Source: Scenedesmus sp. PABB004 (lineage: Eukaryota). From it: a stretch of 64,000 nucleotides of DNA. The stretch spans positions 1,240,001-1,304,000 of the forward strand of contig JABVCE010000008.1 of assembly GCA_014905635.1 (NCBI GenBank), given 5' to 3'. Each line of letters opens with the position of its first letter. The stretch's first letter is position 1. Positions 36,586 to 49,272 of the stretch are shown piece by piece. Position numbers and translations under genes: made by a program. A model generated the notes under the pieces. That model ran no database searches. It saw only the letters and a program-made list of their open reading frames with translations, and was not told the DNA's origin.

Positions 36586-36959
36586 CCGGGGCGGCGTCGC
36601 CTGACAGCGCGGGCGCGGGAGAGCGGCGCGTGTGACGGGCGTGCGCGGTTTTGGGAGAGGAGCCGCAGCGCGCGGCCGCAGCGACGCAGAGCCGTGCCGC
36701 TCGCTGTCGCAACACCCCTCGCTGCTCGTCTCAGGCGCGGCAGCGCAGCCATACGCGGCAGGCTCGCCTCGGAGACAGCGGCGGCAACGACCCGTGCTGC
36801 TGCTGGCCCAGCGCGCGCCGTCTGCTGCTGGCCCAGCGCGCGTCCGCGTCCGGAGAGCGCCGCGGCCCTCGCTGGCACTGGCCGCGGACCGGGCCGGGGC
36901 AGCGGCTGCGCGGGGGCCGCCGGCAGCGGCGGCACGCGGGCAGCGGCGCCGCCGCCGCC

Positions 36960-37694
36960 ATGGAGGTCGACGAGCCGCCCCAGCAGCTGCAGCAGCAGCA
37001 ACCGGGGCATCAGCAGCAGCCGGAGCAGCAGCCGGAGCGGCAGCAGCGCGCGCCGGCGCCGACAGCGGCCGCGGGCGCCACCGCCGGCGGCGTCGACAGG
37101 TGGTGGCTGTCGGACGGCAGCGACGACGACGGCGGCGGGGGCAGCGGCGACGGCAGCGGCAGCAGCGACGGCGGCGGCCCGCCGCGGCGTGCGCCGGGGC
37201 GCGGAGCCGCGCCGCCGCCGCAGGGGCGCCGCGGCGGCGCCGCCGCGGGCGCACGCGGCGACGACGAGCTGTACGACCCCGACGCGGACGACGCGGACGA
37301 CGCGTGGGCGGCGGCGCAGCGGCAGGGCCGGCCCACGGACGCGATCCTGTCCTGCCCGGGCTGCTTCGCGACGCTCAGCATCGACTGCCAGCAGCACGCG
37401 CACCACAAGAACCAGTACCGGGCCATGTTTGTGACCAACTGCGACGTCCGGCGCGACGCGGCGCTGACCGCGGAGCTGGAGCCGCCGCCGCACACGCGCG
37501 GGCCGCGGCGCGGCAAGCGCCGCGCGCCGGGCGACGGCGACGACGAGGGCCCGGCGGGCGGCGGCGGCGCGGCGCCGCCGCCGGCGCGCGAGGTGCTGCA
37601 CCCCGTGTGCTGCGCGGTGTGCGGGACGCAGGTGGGCGCAGAGGACGCGGACGAGGTGGTGCACTTTTTCCACGTGCTCGCGAGCGAGTGCTAG
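36960..37694 (+). CDS. EAPP: E2F-associated phosphoprotein (Eapp_C domain), intronless
   Basis: ELYDPDADDADDAW, TDAILSCPGCFATLSIDCQQH...QYRAMFVTNC, HPVCCAVCGTQVG...VHFFHVLAS. Confidence 0.9.
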   Translation: MEVDEPPQQLQQQQPGHQQQPEQQPERQQRAPAPTAAAGATAGGVDRWWLSDGSDDDGGGGSGDGSGSSDGGGPPRRAPGRGAAPPPQGRRGGAAAGARGDDELYDPDADDADDAWAAAQRQGRPTDAILSCPGCFATLSIDCQQHAHHKNQYRAMFVTNCDVRRDAALTAELEPPPHTRGPRRGKRRAPGDGDDEGPAGGGGAAPPPAREVLHPVCCAVCGTQVGAEDADEVVHFFHVLASEC

Positions 37695-37705
37695 CACCCA
37701 GCGCT

Positions 37706-38538
37706 GGCGGAGCGGGGCGCCGGCGGCTAGCCGAGATGCCCGGAGCACGCCCCCCCCCCCCCCCCCCCCGGCCGCCGCGCCCGCGGGCTGCTGGCAGGGT
37801 GACCCTGCCGCGACCGCCAGGTGGCACGTCACCAGGCGGCGGCCGGGCGCTGTGCTGCTCGAGGCGCCGCCGCCGCGCCGGCGTGGGGCGCGCGCCAGGC
37901 GCCGGCCCGGGCGGCGGGCGCCGCCTGCGACGGCGCCCAGCCAGCTTGCGGCGGTGGGCGGCGGGCGCCCAGGCTTTATTTCTGTTATGGAAGCGAATCC
38001 GGCCCGGCGTGCCTTGCCGCGCCCGCCTCGGCCGCAACACGCAGCGCGCACGCGGGCCGCGCGACGCACACGCCGCGCACGCCACGCACGCCGGAGAGGG
38101 CACGCCCTCCCACGCGGACCGAGGCGCGCGCGCCAGGACGCAGCGCGCGATGTGGGGCCGCGGCACGCGCTCCCTGGACCTGCGGCACAGCCCCTTTGAC
38201 GCCGCGGAGCGCCGGCGCAGCGCGGAGCTGGGCCGCAGGTGCGAGCGGGCAGCGGCCGCCCGGCGCGCCGCGGGCGCCGCACGGCCCCTGCTGCGCGGCC
38301 CAGCGCGCGGCGGCCCAGCGCCGCACCGCCGGTGCGGGGCGACGGCGAGCTGGGCGCCGGGCGCGCTGGCCGGCGCCAGTATCGGCATGGCCCAGCAAAA
38401 TCTGGCGCCCCCCCCCCCCCCGCGGCCGCCGACCGCCCGGCGCGCCCGCTCCCGCAGCACGCGCCGCTACGATGAGCACTGGGGCGCCGCGGAGCGCGCG
38501 GACACGCGCCTTAAGTGCGGGGACGGCGCGGTGCACCA
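37706..38538. repeat. Inverted duplication 1, arm B
   Basis: Reverse complement of 27708-28525; starts about 12 nt after the EAPP stop. Confidence 0.92.
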
Positions 38539-38686
38539 GCTAGCTGTGGGGCGTGGGCGCCGCGCCGCGGCTCGCGGCGGCGGGCCGCGGCGGCGCGCGC
38601 GTCGCGCTGCCCGCGGCGGCGGTGCGCGGGGCGCCGCGGCGCCGCGCGGGGCTGTTTGCGCCGCGAGATCTCGCCGTCGGTGCTGA
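38150..38686 (+). pseudogene. Truncated copy of the BTB gene 5' end upstream of CAO
   Basis: Exon 1 38150-38238, intron, then exon 2 from 38458 to ...GDGAVH, followed by unrelated sequence to stop 38686. Confidence 0.8.
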
Positions 38687-38995
38687 GTACACGGCACGTC
38701 GTCGCGCTGCGTGCATCGTGTCAGATTTTCTTGGGCGCCCGCTCTTCGCCGGCCGCTGCCGCGCTCGCTCACACCCTCCCGCGTCAGCACAACGCGCCTC
38801 CCGGCCCAGAGATCTGCTACCCAGCCCGCCACGCGCGGCGCGGTGACCCGGCGCGTGCCCGCCTGCTCCCGCAGCACGCGCACCGCTCATTGCGCGCCCC
38901 CGCGCGTCGCCAGCCGCCCAGCTCGTCGCTCGCGCGCCGCGCCGGCAGCCGGGGCATGCGCTCGTGAGCAGCGGGCTCGCCCATCCCAGGCAGCG

Positions 38996-41932
38996 ATGCA
39001 GCGCGCGCAGGGGCGCCTGGGCGCGCCCGCGCCGTGCCACGGGCTGGCGCCCGGCCGGCTGCAGCGCCCCGGCCCGGGCGCGCGCCGCGGCGCGCGCCCC
39101 CCGCGCGCGGGCGCGGGCGACGGGCCGGAGCAGCAGCAGGAGCGCAGCGCGCACGCGCCCCCCGCGCTGGGGCGCGACCCCGAGGCCTCGCTGCGCTCCT
39201 ACGGCCGGCTGTTCGGCCAGGTCTTCAAGCTGCCCGCCTGGATCGACGAGGCGCCGCGCGTGCGCGTGCGCACCATCGCGCGGCGGCAGATGGACGACCT
39301 CGTCGAGCTCGCCGTGCTCAACGAGCGCCTCTCGGGCGTGCACGAGCCCTGGGACGCCCGCAACCGGCTGGAGCTGCTGCGCACGCGGCGCAAGAACTGG
39401 GAGCACATCTACGACTACGTCACGCGCCAGGACGCGGCGGCGACGCTGGAGCTCATTGAGACCGCCGCGCAGCAGGCGCGCCGCGCCGCCGCCGCCGCCG
39501 CCGCCGCACCGGCAGGGAGGGGCGGGGCGGGCCGGGCAGCGGGCCGGGCTGGAGCTGCCGCGCGCTGTGGGGGCGCGGGGCCGCGCTGACGTCCGCGCTG
39601 ACGTCCGACCCGCCCGGTGCCACCCGGTGTGCAGGCGGAGGAGCTGCTGAGCGAGGAGAGCCGCGAGCACGCGAGCGTGACGGAGCTGAAGCTGCAGCTG
39701 ACTGACCTGCAGGCGCAGGTCGACGAGGCGAGCCGCAAGCTGCGCGCGACGCAGGACCGGGTGGAGCAAAACCTGGGCCGCGTGGCGGAGCTCAAGGCCG
39801 AGGCCGCGGCGCTGGAGCGCCTCTCGCAGGCCACCAGCAGCAGCCCCGCCGCCAGCGGCAGCGCCGGCGCCCTGCAGCGGCAGGACGCGGCGCCCGCGCC
39901 GGCGGCGGCGGCGGCGGCGAGCGGCGCCGCCGGCGCGGCGCCGAGCCGCAGCGGCGGCGGCGGCGGCAGCAGCAGCACGGCGGTGCTGGACGGCGCGCCG
40001 CCCGCGCGCGGCCCGGCGCGGCGCAGCGGCGGTCGGCGGCCCGGCGGCGGCGCGCGGGCGCGGGTCGACCGCGGCCTGCGCAGCAGCCTCGACGCCGAGC
40101 CGGCGCTCAAGGAGTTTTGGTACCCCGCCGAGTTCAGCGCCCAGCTGCGCGCCGACATGCTGGTGCCGTTTGAGCTCTTCAACGAGCCCTGGGTGCTCTT
40201 CAGGCGCGCGGCGCGCGCAGCGCACGCCGGCGCGGCGCGGCTCGCCACCTGCGCACCCACGGCGGCCACGGCTGCGCGCACCGCCCGCGCTGAACGCCGC
40301 CGCCGCTGCGCGCTGCAGGGACGCCGAGGGCCGGCCGAGCTGCATCCGCGACGAGTGCGCGCACCGCGCGTGCCCGCTGAGCGTGGGCACCGTCATCGAC
40401 GGCAAGGTCTCCTGCGCGTACCACGGTGCGGGGCGCGCCCGCGGCCCCCGCGGCACCCCGCGCCGCCTGTGCGCCCGCGCGCCCGCGCCGCTCACGCGTC
40501 GCGCGCGCCGCTCACGCGGCCCCCGCGCCGCCCCGGCGCAGGCTGGGAGTTTGACGGCGACGGCAGCTGCACCAAGATGCCCAGCACGCTGCTCTGCCGC
40601 AACGTCGCCGTCGCGGCGCTGCCCTGCGTCGAGAAGGACGGCTTCATCTGGGTCTGGCCGGGCGAGGGCGTGCCGCCCGAGGTGCGGCACCGCGCCGCGC
40701 CGCGGTGCACGCCGCCGCCGCCGCGGCGCCAGCTCGCGCGCTCGCTGCGCCACAGCCCAGCGCGCGCCCCTGTCCACGGCGCCCGCCGACCGCCGCGCGG
40801 CAGGTCCCCGCCACGGCCGCGCCGCCGCCGGGGTACGTGGTGCACGCTGAGATCCAGCTTGAGGTCCCGGTGGAGCACGGGCTGCTGATCGAGAACCTGC
40901 TGGACCTCGCGCACGCGCCCTTCACGCACCAGGCCACGTTTGCCAAGGACTGGCCCGTGCCCGACGCGGTCAAGTTCCACGCGCAGCGCCTGCTCAGCGG
41001 GCAGTGGGACCCCTACCCCATTGACATGGCCTTCCAGCCGCCCTGCATGGTGCGCGCGCGCGTGTGTGCGTGTGTGCGTGCTGCCGCTGCCGCTGCCGGG
41101 GCCCGCCGCAGCAGGGAAGGGGGGAGGGGCGCTGCCGCCAGCGCGCGCCGCGGCGCGCCGACCACCCCGCGGCCCGCCCGCCCGCCGGCGGCGCGCAGAC
41201 GGTGAGCAAGATCGGCCTGGCGCAGCCGGGCAAGATCATGCGCGGCGTGACGGCGGACGCGTGCGAGCGCCACCTGCACCAGCTGCACGTCTGCGCGCCC
41301 GGGCGCCGCGGCACCACGCGCCTGCTCTACCGCATGTCGATGGACTTCCTCGGCTGGGCGCGCCACGTGCCCGGCATCCAGCGCGTCTGGAAGGGCGTCG
41401 CCGGCCAGGTGGGCCCCGCGCCGCGCCGCGCCCGCTGCGCCCGGCTGGCCGTCCCGCGCGCGCGCCGCGCCGCGCGCGCCGCGCCGCGCGCGCCGGCCCT
41501 GCTGACGCGCAGCCGGCCCGCCCGCCCGCGCCCCGCCGCCTTCCCCTGCGGCGCGCCGTGCGCCAGGTGCTGGGCGAGGACCTCAAGCTGGTGCTGGGGC
41601 AGCAGGACCGCCTCGAGCGCGGCGGCGACACGTGGGCCAACCCCGTGAGCTACGACAAGCTCGCGGTGCGCTACCGCCGCTGGCGCAACGGCGTCGCGAG
41701 CGGGCGCCTGCCCGACGGCGCGGCCGGCGGCGGCGCCGCGGGCGGCGGGCGCGACGGCGGTATCAGCATGAGCGCGGGCGAGCTCTTCAGGCTGGAGGAG
41801 AGCGAGGGCTTCATGGACGAGCAGCAGCAGGCGGAGGCCAAGGAGGAGGAGGAGGCGGCGCGGGAGGAGGCGCGCGAGGCGGGCGCGCCCGCAGCGGCCG
41901 GCGCGCTCGAGCGGCAGCGCCAGCGCGCGTGA
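38996..41932 (+). CDS. CAO: Chlorophyllide a oxygenase (chlorophyll b synthase)
   Basis: N-terminal A domain, Rieske [11 protein letters not shown]...CAYHGWEF, mononuclear Fe site [52 protein letters not shown]. Confidence 0.96.
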
Positions 41933-42510
41933 CGCGCCCCCGGGGCGCGAGCGGCGCGGCGCGGCGCGAGTCGCCCGGCCGGCGGCCCCGCATTTTTGGG
42001 TGCGCACAGGCGGCTGTGTTTGTGGGCCGGCGCCAGTGGAAGAGAAGACGGCCGAGCGGGAGGAGGGAGGGGGGTCGTCCGTGGCTGTGGTCGTGTGCCC
42101 CTCACTTTGCAAGCGAACAGAAGAGCAGCGCGCGCGTCCACGGGGGCGCGCGCGCGCGGGGCGAGACGTGAGCGACCTTTGCGCCGAGGCGGGCTGCCGC
42201 CCGGGCCCTCGCATGCGCTTGAGCTCTCACTGAGGGCGAGATGCCCTGTGCACGTGCGTGCGTGTCGCTTGCCATCTCACTCGAATCAAAGCGCCGCGCG
42301 AGCGGCGCGCGCGCGGAGGCGGCGGGGCTGTGTACAATGGCGGCAGCAGAAGGGGCAGGCTATCTCGAACGCCATGTGTTGGCGTGGCGTGGCGTGGCGG
42401 CGGTGCGCGGAGCGCGGAGCGGGCGGCGGCGTGGGTGTTGTCGTCGTCGGAGCGTCGTAGACGAGCGCGGCAGGCGCGGCGGGGGCGGCAGCAGCGCATC
42501 AGTCAGGGTT

Positions 42511-42515
42511 TGTAA
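42511..42515 (+). terminator. Candidate TGTAA poly(A) signal for CAO
   Basis: TGTAA about 580 nt downstream of the CAO stop. Confidence 0.4.
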
Positions 42516-42566
42516 CTCGTCTCAGCTCGGGGCCCAGCTCAGAACCGCCACCGCACGCGCGACGCG

Positions 42567-43807
42567 TCAGACGATGATCGCGCGGATCGTCACGTGCAGG
42601 CTGGCGTCGTCGAACCAAGCGTACGCGCCCGGCAGCTCGCGCTCCACCGCCGCGCGGAAGCGCGTCACGATGCCCGGCAGCGCCGCCGACCAGCGGCTCA
42701 CGCGCCCGCCCTCGGCGCCGCCGTCGCCGCTGCCGCTGCGGCCCGAGCCGTCGCTGCCGGCGCCGCTGCCGCCGGCGGCGCCGCCGGCAGCCTCCTTGAG
42801 CAGCGCCAGGCTCGGGTGCGACGCCGGCCGGAAGGCGGCCAGCTCGTGCACGAGCGTCGCGCCGAGCGCGGGGCTCCTGCGCGGTGCAGCGCGCGGGGGC
42901 AGGGGGAGAGGCGTCGGCGTCGGCGCCGGCAGGCGGGCGCACGGCGCGCGGGGGCCCGCGCGCGGGCCCGCGCGCGCGGGCCACGCGCCGGTAGTGGTTT
43001 TCCCGGTTGCCGTCGCGCGAGGCGTGGAACCAGTAGTCCTCGTCGTCCGCCTCCGCCACCACGCCCTGCGCGGCGCGGCGCGGCGCGGCGCGTCACGCTC
43101 GCGTCGACGCTCGCGCCGCGCGGCGGCGGGGCCGCGCCGCGCGCCGCACGCGCGCCGCGCGCACCTCCACGCGCTGCACCTCCTCCGGCGCGGCGTCCGA
43201 CATGTCGACGGGGTGCGCGAGCTGCATGACGGTGCGGCTGATCACGCGCTCGAGGCAGCGCGACTCATACACGACCAGGCTCAGGCTGTCCACGAGCACC
43301 GCCTGCGCCCGCGCCGCGCCGGGGGCCTGGAAGATGCCGCTCGCCTCGCGGCAGAGCTCGTTGAGCCGCGCGAGCTGCGCCGGCGACAGGCGGCGGCCCT
43401 CGCGCAGCGCGGCGAGGCTCGTCTTGGGCCAGCGGCTGCCGGGGCTCTCGCGCGGCAGGCCGGCGTGGAAGTCGGTGAGCGACGCCTTGAGCGACACCAG
43501 CGGCGGCGGAAAGCCCCGGTACGCGAGCGTCAGCACGCCCTGCCTGCGCCGCGCCGGCGGGGGCGGGCGGCGGGCGGGCGGGCGGGGGCGGGGGCGGGCG
43601 GGCGGGGGCGCTGGGCGCGACGTGCCGCGGCGGGCAGCGCGCGCGGGCGCAGCGGCGCGCGGCGCACCACGACACGAAGAAGCAGTACGGCCGCAGCACG
43701 CACGCGGGCGTGTGCCGCGCGAGGTAGGCCAGGTGCGGCTCGTCCGCCGGAGAGGGCCCCGGCGCGGCGGCGGGCGGCGCCGACGCCTCGGCGGCCGGCG
43801 CGGCCAT
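42567..43807 (-). CDS. Conserved hypothetical protein, 2H-phosphoesterase-like
   Basis: Four exons: FFVSW|QGVLTLAYRGFPPPLVSLK...ESPGSRWPKTSLAAL...YAWFDDASLHVTIRAI; C-terminal HxT motif. Confidence 0.65.
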
Positions 43808-44185
43808 GGCGGCGCCTGGCGCGCGGCAGCGGCGGGCAGCGCTGGGCGGCGGCGGGCTGCGAGCGCCCCGCGCGCGTGGCGTGCGAAGACGCACAGGGCA
43901 GCGCTCTGGGCGGCCGCCAGCCGGCGGAGGGCCAGCGGCGCCGCGACCTGAGCGGCGGTTGGCGGCGCTGCTGCTGCCGTCGCGGCGCTGCCACGTTCCG
44001 TCGCGGCGCGTGCCCCCGCCTGCTGCGCTCCCAGGTCGGCGCACCTCGCCTCCACGCGCACGCGCGCTGTCACGCGCGCAGCGGGTCCAGCCGGCGGCAG
44101 CGGCAGCAGCAGCGGCAGAAGCAGTGGCAGAAGCAGCGGCGGCGGCGGAGGGTGGTGCGCGCAGCGGTGATTGGCGGCGCTGCGT

Positions 44186-44190
44186 TTACA
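44186..44190 (-). terminator. Candidate TGTAA poly(A) signal for the F-box/LRR gene
   Basis: TTACA on the + strand, about 900 nt past stop 45088. Confidence 0.35.
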
Positions 44191-45087
44191 TGAGTAGTTG
44201 AGAGAATCCACACGCCCGTCACGCGCCCGCGCCGCTGAACCGCGTTGAACCGCTGCGGCACGCCGGCCGCAACGCGCCGCGCGCCTCTGCCTACTCGTCG
44301 CGCGTGCACTGCCGCCCGCTCACAGACAGATCCCTGGCCCCACCCCGCGCCGCGCCGGCCGCGCGCCGTCCGCGCGCGGTCGCCGACGCCCTGGTCTCGG
44401 CAGTGTCTCTCTCGGCAGTGCGTGAGCAGCCCGCCGGCTCAAGTGCGGGTCAATCCAGTCCAGTCTCGCGCGGCCGGGCAGGGTCGGGCAGGGCCGGCGC
44501 CAGCCCCGCTGCTGCTGCTGCTGCGCGGGCCGGCGCCGTCGCCCGCAGCCGCCGCCCAGACGCCCTCACTACGTGTGCCTCTGGAGTGCTCGCCGCCGTC
44601 AGTCAGTCTGCTCACCGAAACCCACCCAAAAACCGCCCCAACTGATGCACGGGCATGCGCTGTTCGTTCTGTGTCATTGTCTGCATTGCAGTGCCGCGGC
44701 GGCCGTCAACTCTTTTCCCGTTTGCCCGGATGCCCCCCCCCCTCCCTCGTGCCCTCGCCCCGCACGCTCGGTGCGCTGCGCCGCGCACGGTGACGGGCAA
44801 ACCCGCTGACAAGGCGCGGCTGGGAGCGCGCCCAGGACAAAAAACCAACGGTCCACGAAGCGCAGGCGTGCATGCGTCGGCGGCTTGTGCAGTGCGCATA
44901 TCCAGTGCTGTGTGACGACCGACACGGTGCGTTGACCGATTCTGGGTGATCCGGGGCTCCCCCCCGAGCACCGCCACGCAGCCGCGGAGGCCGCTCGCAC
45001 CGCCTTGCGCACGGCGAGGCGCGTGCGCGGCGTGGGGCGCTGAACCCCCCCCCCCTCCCGTCCCGCCTCCTGCCCCGCCGTGTGCGC

Positions 45088-46142
45088 TCAGGCGGCGCGC
45101 CTGGCGCCCTGCTTGGTGCTCCGCCAGCGCACGTCGACGCACCGGCCCGTCGCCTGCCGCACCATCTGCTGCAGCTGCGCCGCCAGCTCGGCCGGCACGC
45201 CCACGCAGCCCACCAGCTGCAGCACGGCGAGCGGGCGGCAGATGAGCAGGAGGAGCTTCACGCCGTCGGCGGTCACCGCGGGGCAGTGCGAGAGCGTGAG
45301 GTGCGTGAGGCGCGGCAGCGCCGCCAGCCGGCACAGCGCGGCGTCGTCCAGGAGCTGTGCGCGGCGCGCGGGGGCGGCGCGCGCGTGAGCTCGGCGCCGG
45401 CGCGGGCGGCGACGCGCGGTGCGGCGGCGGCGCGTGCGCACCGGCGCGGCGTCGATGGTTAGCCGCTCGAGGTGTGTGCACATGCGGCTGAGCAGCCAGC
45501 CGGCGTCGTTGCCCATGCAGCTGGCGTGCTGCAGCGAGAGGTGCGTGACCTGGGGCATGTGCAGCAGCGGCGCCACGGCGTTGCCTACAAAGGTGGTGCC
45601 TGCGGGCGCCGCGGGCGGCGGCGCGCGGCGCGCGTCGGCGGCGGGCGCGCCGGCCAGCACGGCGCTGGGGCCCAGCCGGCCGGCCAGCGCAGCGGCGTGG
45701 CGCGGGTCAGGAAAGAAAAGCCGACGCGCGCACCCATGTTGGCGATTTTGATGTGCTGCAGATGTGGAATCGTGGACAGCGCCGCCCACGCGGCCGCGCG
45801 CGGCGGCGGCGGCGGCGGCGGCGTCGGCGCGCCAAACAGGCGCGGCAGCGCGCGGCCGCCCGCGCCCGCGGCGTGCGTGGTCGAGCCGAGCACGAGCTTG
45901 CGCAGGCAGGGGTGGCCCTGCACCGCGCTGAACACGTTGCCGTCCACCCCCGCGACGAGCAGCTCCTCCAGCGCGGGGCAGATGGCGGCGAGCCAGCCCG
46001 CGGGCGGCGCCGCGCCGGCGCCGTGCGGCAGCGGCGCCGCCGCCGCGGGCGGCGCGGGCGCGGCGGCCTGGTACAGCAGCAGGGCGAGGTGGTGCTGGCC
46101 GGGCAGCAGCACGCCCTGCGCCAGCGGCGGCGGCGGGGGAGC

Positions 46143-46175
<33 letters not shown>

Positions 46176-47738
46176 CCCCGCGGACTGCACGCGCGGCACC
46201 AGGGCGACCGGGGGCGACGCCGGCGGCGGCGCCGGGGCCGCCGCCGGCGCCGGCGCCGCCGCCGCGGCGGGGGGCGCCGCCGCCACGGCCTGGGGCTGCG
46301 CCTCGGGCGCCGCGCCGCCGAGGCCCGGCTGCAGCGCCGGCAGCAGCGGCACGCTGTGCAGCGCGAGGTGCTTGACGCTGGGGAGGGCGATGCCGTAGTT
46401 GGGGTTGATGCAGCAGTGCAGGCTGGCCGCGCCGAGCAGCGCCAGGCCGGGCATGCCAGACAGCACCTGCGCGGCGGGGCGGGGCGCGGCGGTGCGTGCG
46501 TCGGCCGCCGCGCGCGTGCGCACACTGGCGGCGGCCAGAGCCTCTGCGTGTTTTCGCTGGCAGCGCGTCGCAGCGCGCCTGGACGTCGCGCAGGTGCAGG
46601 TCGAAGTCAAACACGGCCATGCTGAGCGCGGTGAGCGCGGTCAGCTCCAGGGGCAGCGCCGCGCGCGCCTTGGCCTGCAGCGAGGCGCAGCGCCGGATTT
46701 TCAGCATCTTCAGGCCCGCCAGCGGCGCGAGCTGCGCCAGCGCCAGCACGCGCATGTCGGCGCTGTCCTTCAGGTCCAGGCAGCTCAGCGCCGCCAGGCC
46801 GCCCAGCTGGCCCAGGCAGCCCGCGCCCGCGTCGGTCAGCCCGCTCAGCGAGAGCTGCGCGAGCCCCGTCAGGCGCGCCAGCGACACGCCCAGCACGGTG
46901 CCGTCGCCGGCGGCCGCCGCCGGGCCCGCGCCCGGCTCGCTGCCGCCGGCGCTGCAGGCGCCGAGCTCGAGCGCCGACGCGGCGGCGAGCGTGAGGTCGC
47001 CGCCGGCGTTGAGCGCGAGGCTGCGGAGGCCGGTGAGCTCGCCGAGCTGGCGCAGCACCTCCAGCGGCGCGGCCGGGCCCATGAGGCGCAGGGCGCGCAG
47101 CCCACGCAGGCCCGCCAAGGCCCCCACCCGCTCCTGCTCCAGCACGCGCCGCAGCGCGGCGTCGCGCAGCGCCGAGGCGCGCTCGGCGCCGCGCGAGCCG
47201 TCGCCCACCAGCAGGGGCGCGGCCGCCGGCCCGGCCACGCTCAGCAGCTCGCCCGCCGCCGCGACCTCGGCGAGCCCGCTCCACAGCCAGCCGGGCAGGT
47301 CGAGCGCCTCGAGGCGCGGGCAGCCCGCCGCTACGGCCGCCAGGACGCCCGGGCGCGTGCCGCCGCCCACCAGGCTGTGCACGCACACGCCCGACAGGTC
47401 GAGGCGGGCGAGGTGCGGCAGGCTGGCGCCGGCGGCCGACACAAACGCGGCCAGGCGCGACGCGGCCGCGCCGCCGCCGGCGCCGCCGGCGCGGCCGCGC
47501 GCGCCGCCGTGCTCGGCGCTGGCGGCCTTGCGGGGCGCGGCGCGCGCCGGCGGGGCGAGGTGCGGCCCCCAGCCCCCGCGCTGGCCGGGCGCCGGCGCCG
47601 CGCCGAGGCCCGGGACGGGGCGGCCGCTCGGCGCCCACGGCGCGCCGGGGACCGCCTGCCACCGCTGCTGCCAGGGCCACGCGGTAGGCGCGGGGGGCGG
47701 GCCCTCCGAGCTGCCGCGCCGCGGCGGCGCCGCCGGGC

Positions 47739-47769
<31 letters not shown>

Positions 47770-48363
47770 GTCGCCCGCGCCGCCGCACCCCGGGCAGGGC
47801 TCAAGGCGGAGGCTCTCCACGCCGAGGAAGCGGCGCAGCAGCGGGGCCGGCGGCGCCGCGAGCGCGCCGGCCGGCAGCGCGAGGCCCGTGGCCGTGCCGG
47901 CCACCGCCGCGGCGCCGGCGGCGCAGCTCAGCGCCAGCGCCGCGCGCTCGGGGCGCTCCAGCAGGCTGGCGATGAGGGCCAGCGCCTCGGCCGGCAGCGA
48001 CGCGAGCGTGGACGCGCCGCCGGGCGCGCCGCAGGCGCCGCCGCCGGCCGCGCAGCCCCCGCCCAAGCTCGCGCGCGCCGCCGCGCAGGCCGCGCGGCAG
48101 CAGCCGCAGCAGCAGGCGCAGCCGAGCTGCGCAGCGGCGCTGCCGCAGCAGTCCCAGTCCCCGGCCGCGAGGCAGCACGCCGGCGGCGGCCCGCCCGCGG
48201 GCATCGCGCCGCCGCTCCGCGGCGCAGTCTCGGTCGCGAGCGGCGGGTGGCAGCAGCCGGCGCCGCAGCCGGCTGCCTGCTGTCCCAGGCCCTGTCCCTT
48301 GTAGCAGACGCTGGCCCCACGCTGCGCCTGGCCGCCCGCCGGCGCGGCGGGGCCGCCGCTCAT
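45088..48363 (-). CDS. F-box-like and LRR (RNI-like) protein
   Basis: TLASLPAEALALIASLLERPERAALALSC (F-box-like). LRRs LARLDLSG, CPRLEALDLP, LRALRL, LTHLTLSHCPAVTADGV, LQLVGCVGV. Confidence 0.8.
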
Positions 48364-49272
48364 CGGCCGCGCGAGCGAGTCACCGCCGTCGCGGCGGACC
48401 GCGCGCCGCCGCTGCGCGGAGGCGAGGCGACCTGCGGCGCGTCGGCGTGCGGCGCGTCTGAGTCAGGCGCACGTCTGGGCGGCGCGCCGCGCGTCGGGGC
48501 GGTGGCGGGCGACGGGTTCGCCCGCGAGATGGGCGCGTGCGTCACGGCTGCCGCTGCCGCCCGCGGCGCTGCCGTGCGGGCGCAGCGGCGCGCTGACGCG
48601 CCGGCCATCGCGAGCGCGGCGCCGGGTCCGCGCGTGCCGCCCGCGGGGCGCCGCGGCGAGTTGGCCGGGCGCCCCTGGCGCAGCGCCGCGGCCGCACGCC
48701 GCCAGCAACCGCCCCTCGCGACGGCCGGGCCCGGCGGTGATCGTTCGTGCCGGTCCGCGCCCCTCGCGACGGCCGTGGCGGGTGGGCGCGCGCGATGGGC
48801 GCCCAACCTGCGCCTCCGCGCGCCCGGCGCACCTGCGCTGCCGGCACTCCGGTCGGGCCGCTCCGGGCGCGAACAAAGGCGTGCCGAAAAGGCCGGCGGG
48901 CGCGCGCGGACGGCCGATTTAGGTGGTGTCGGTGCTCGAGCTGCCGTGGCAAGGTCGGCGCGGTCGGTCCAGCGCGTGCCTCGTTGCCTGTCTGGCGCGC
49001 ACAGAGAGCGAGAGCGCGATTGGCGGGTCGCCCTGGCGGACCGGCGGTGAACCGCCGACAGAGTCGTCACCGGCGCGCGCCGCTGCTGCGCATCACCCCG
49101 CGGCCGACGCCGCCGGCGCATGGCGCCCGTGCAGCAGCCAGCGGGCGCCACAGCACGCCGCACGTGAGGCGCACCGCGCGCCGCGCCGCCGCCGCCGCCC
49201 GCGGCGGGGGCCGCGCCCCCGCCCGCGCGCCAGGCTGGCGCCCGCGCGCCGCTGCCGCCGCCGCGGCGGTGG

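Noticed and set aside
27708..38538. Inverted arms as terminal inverted repeats of a DNA transposon
   Set aside because: The arms consist of host promoter, exon and intron sequence; no transposase inside and no TSD seen
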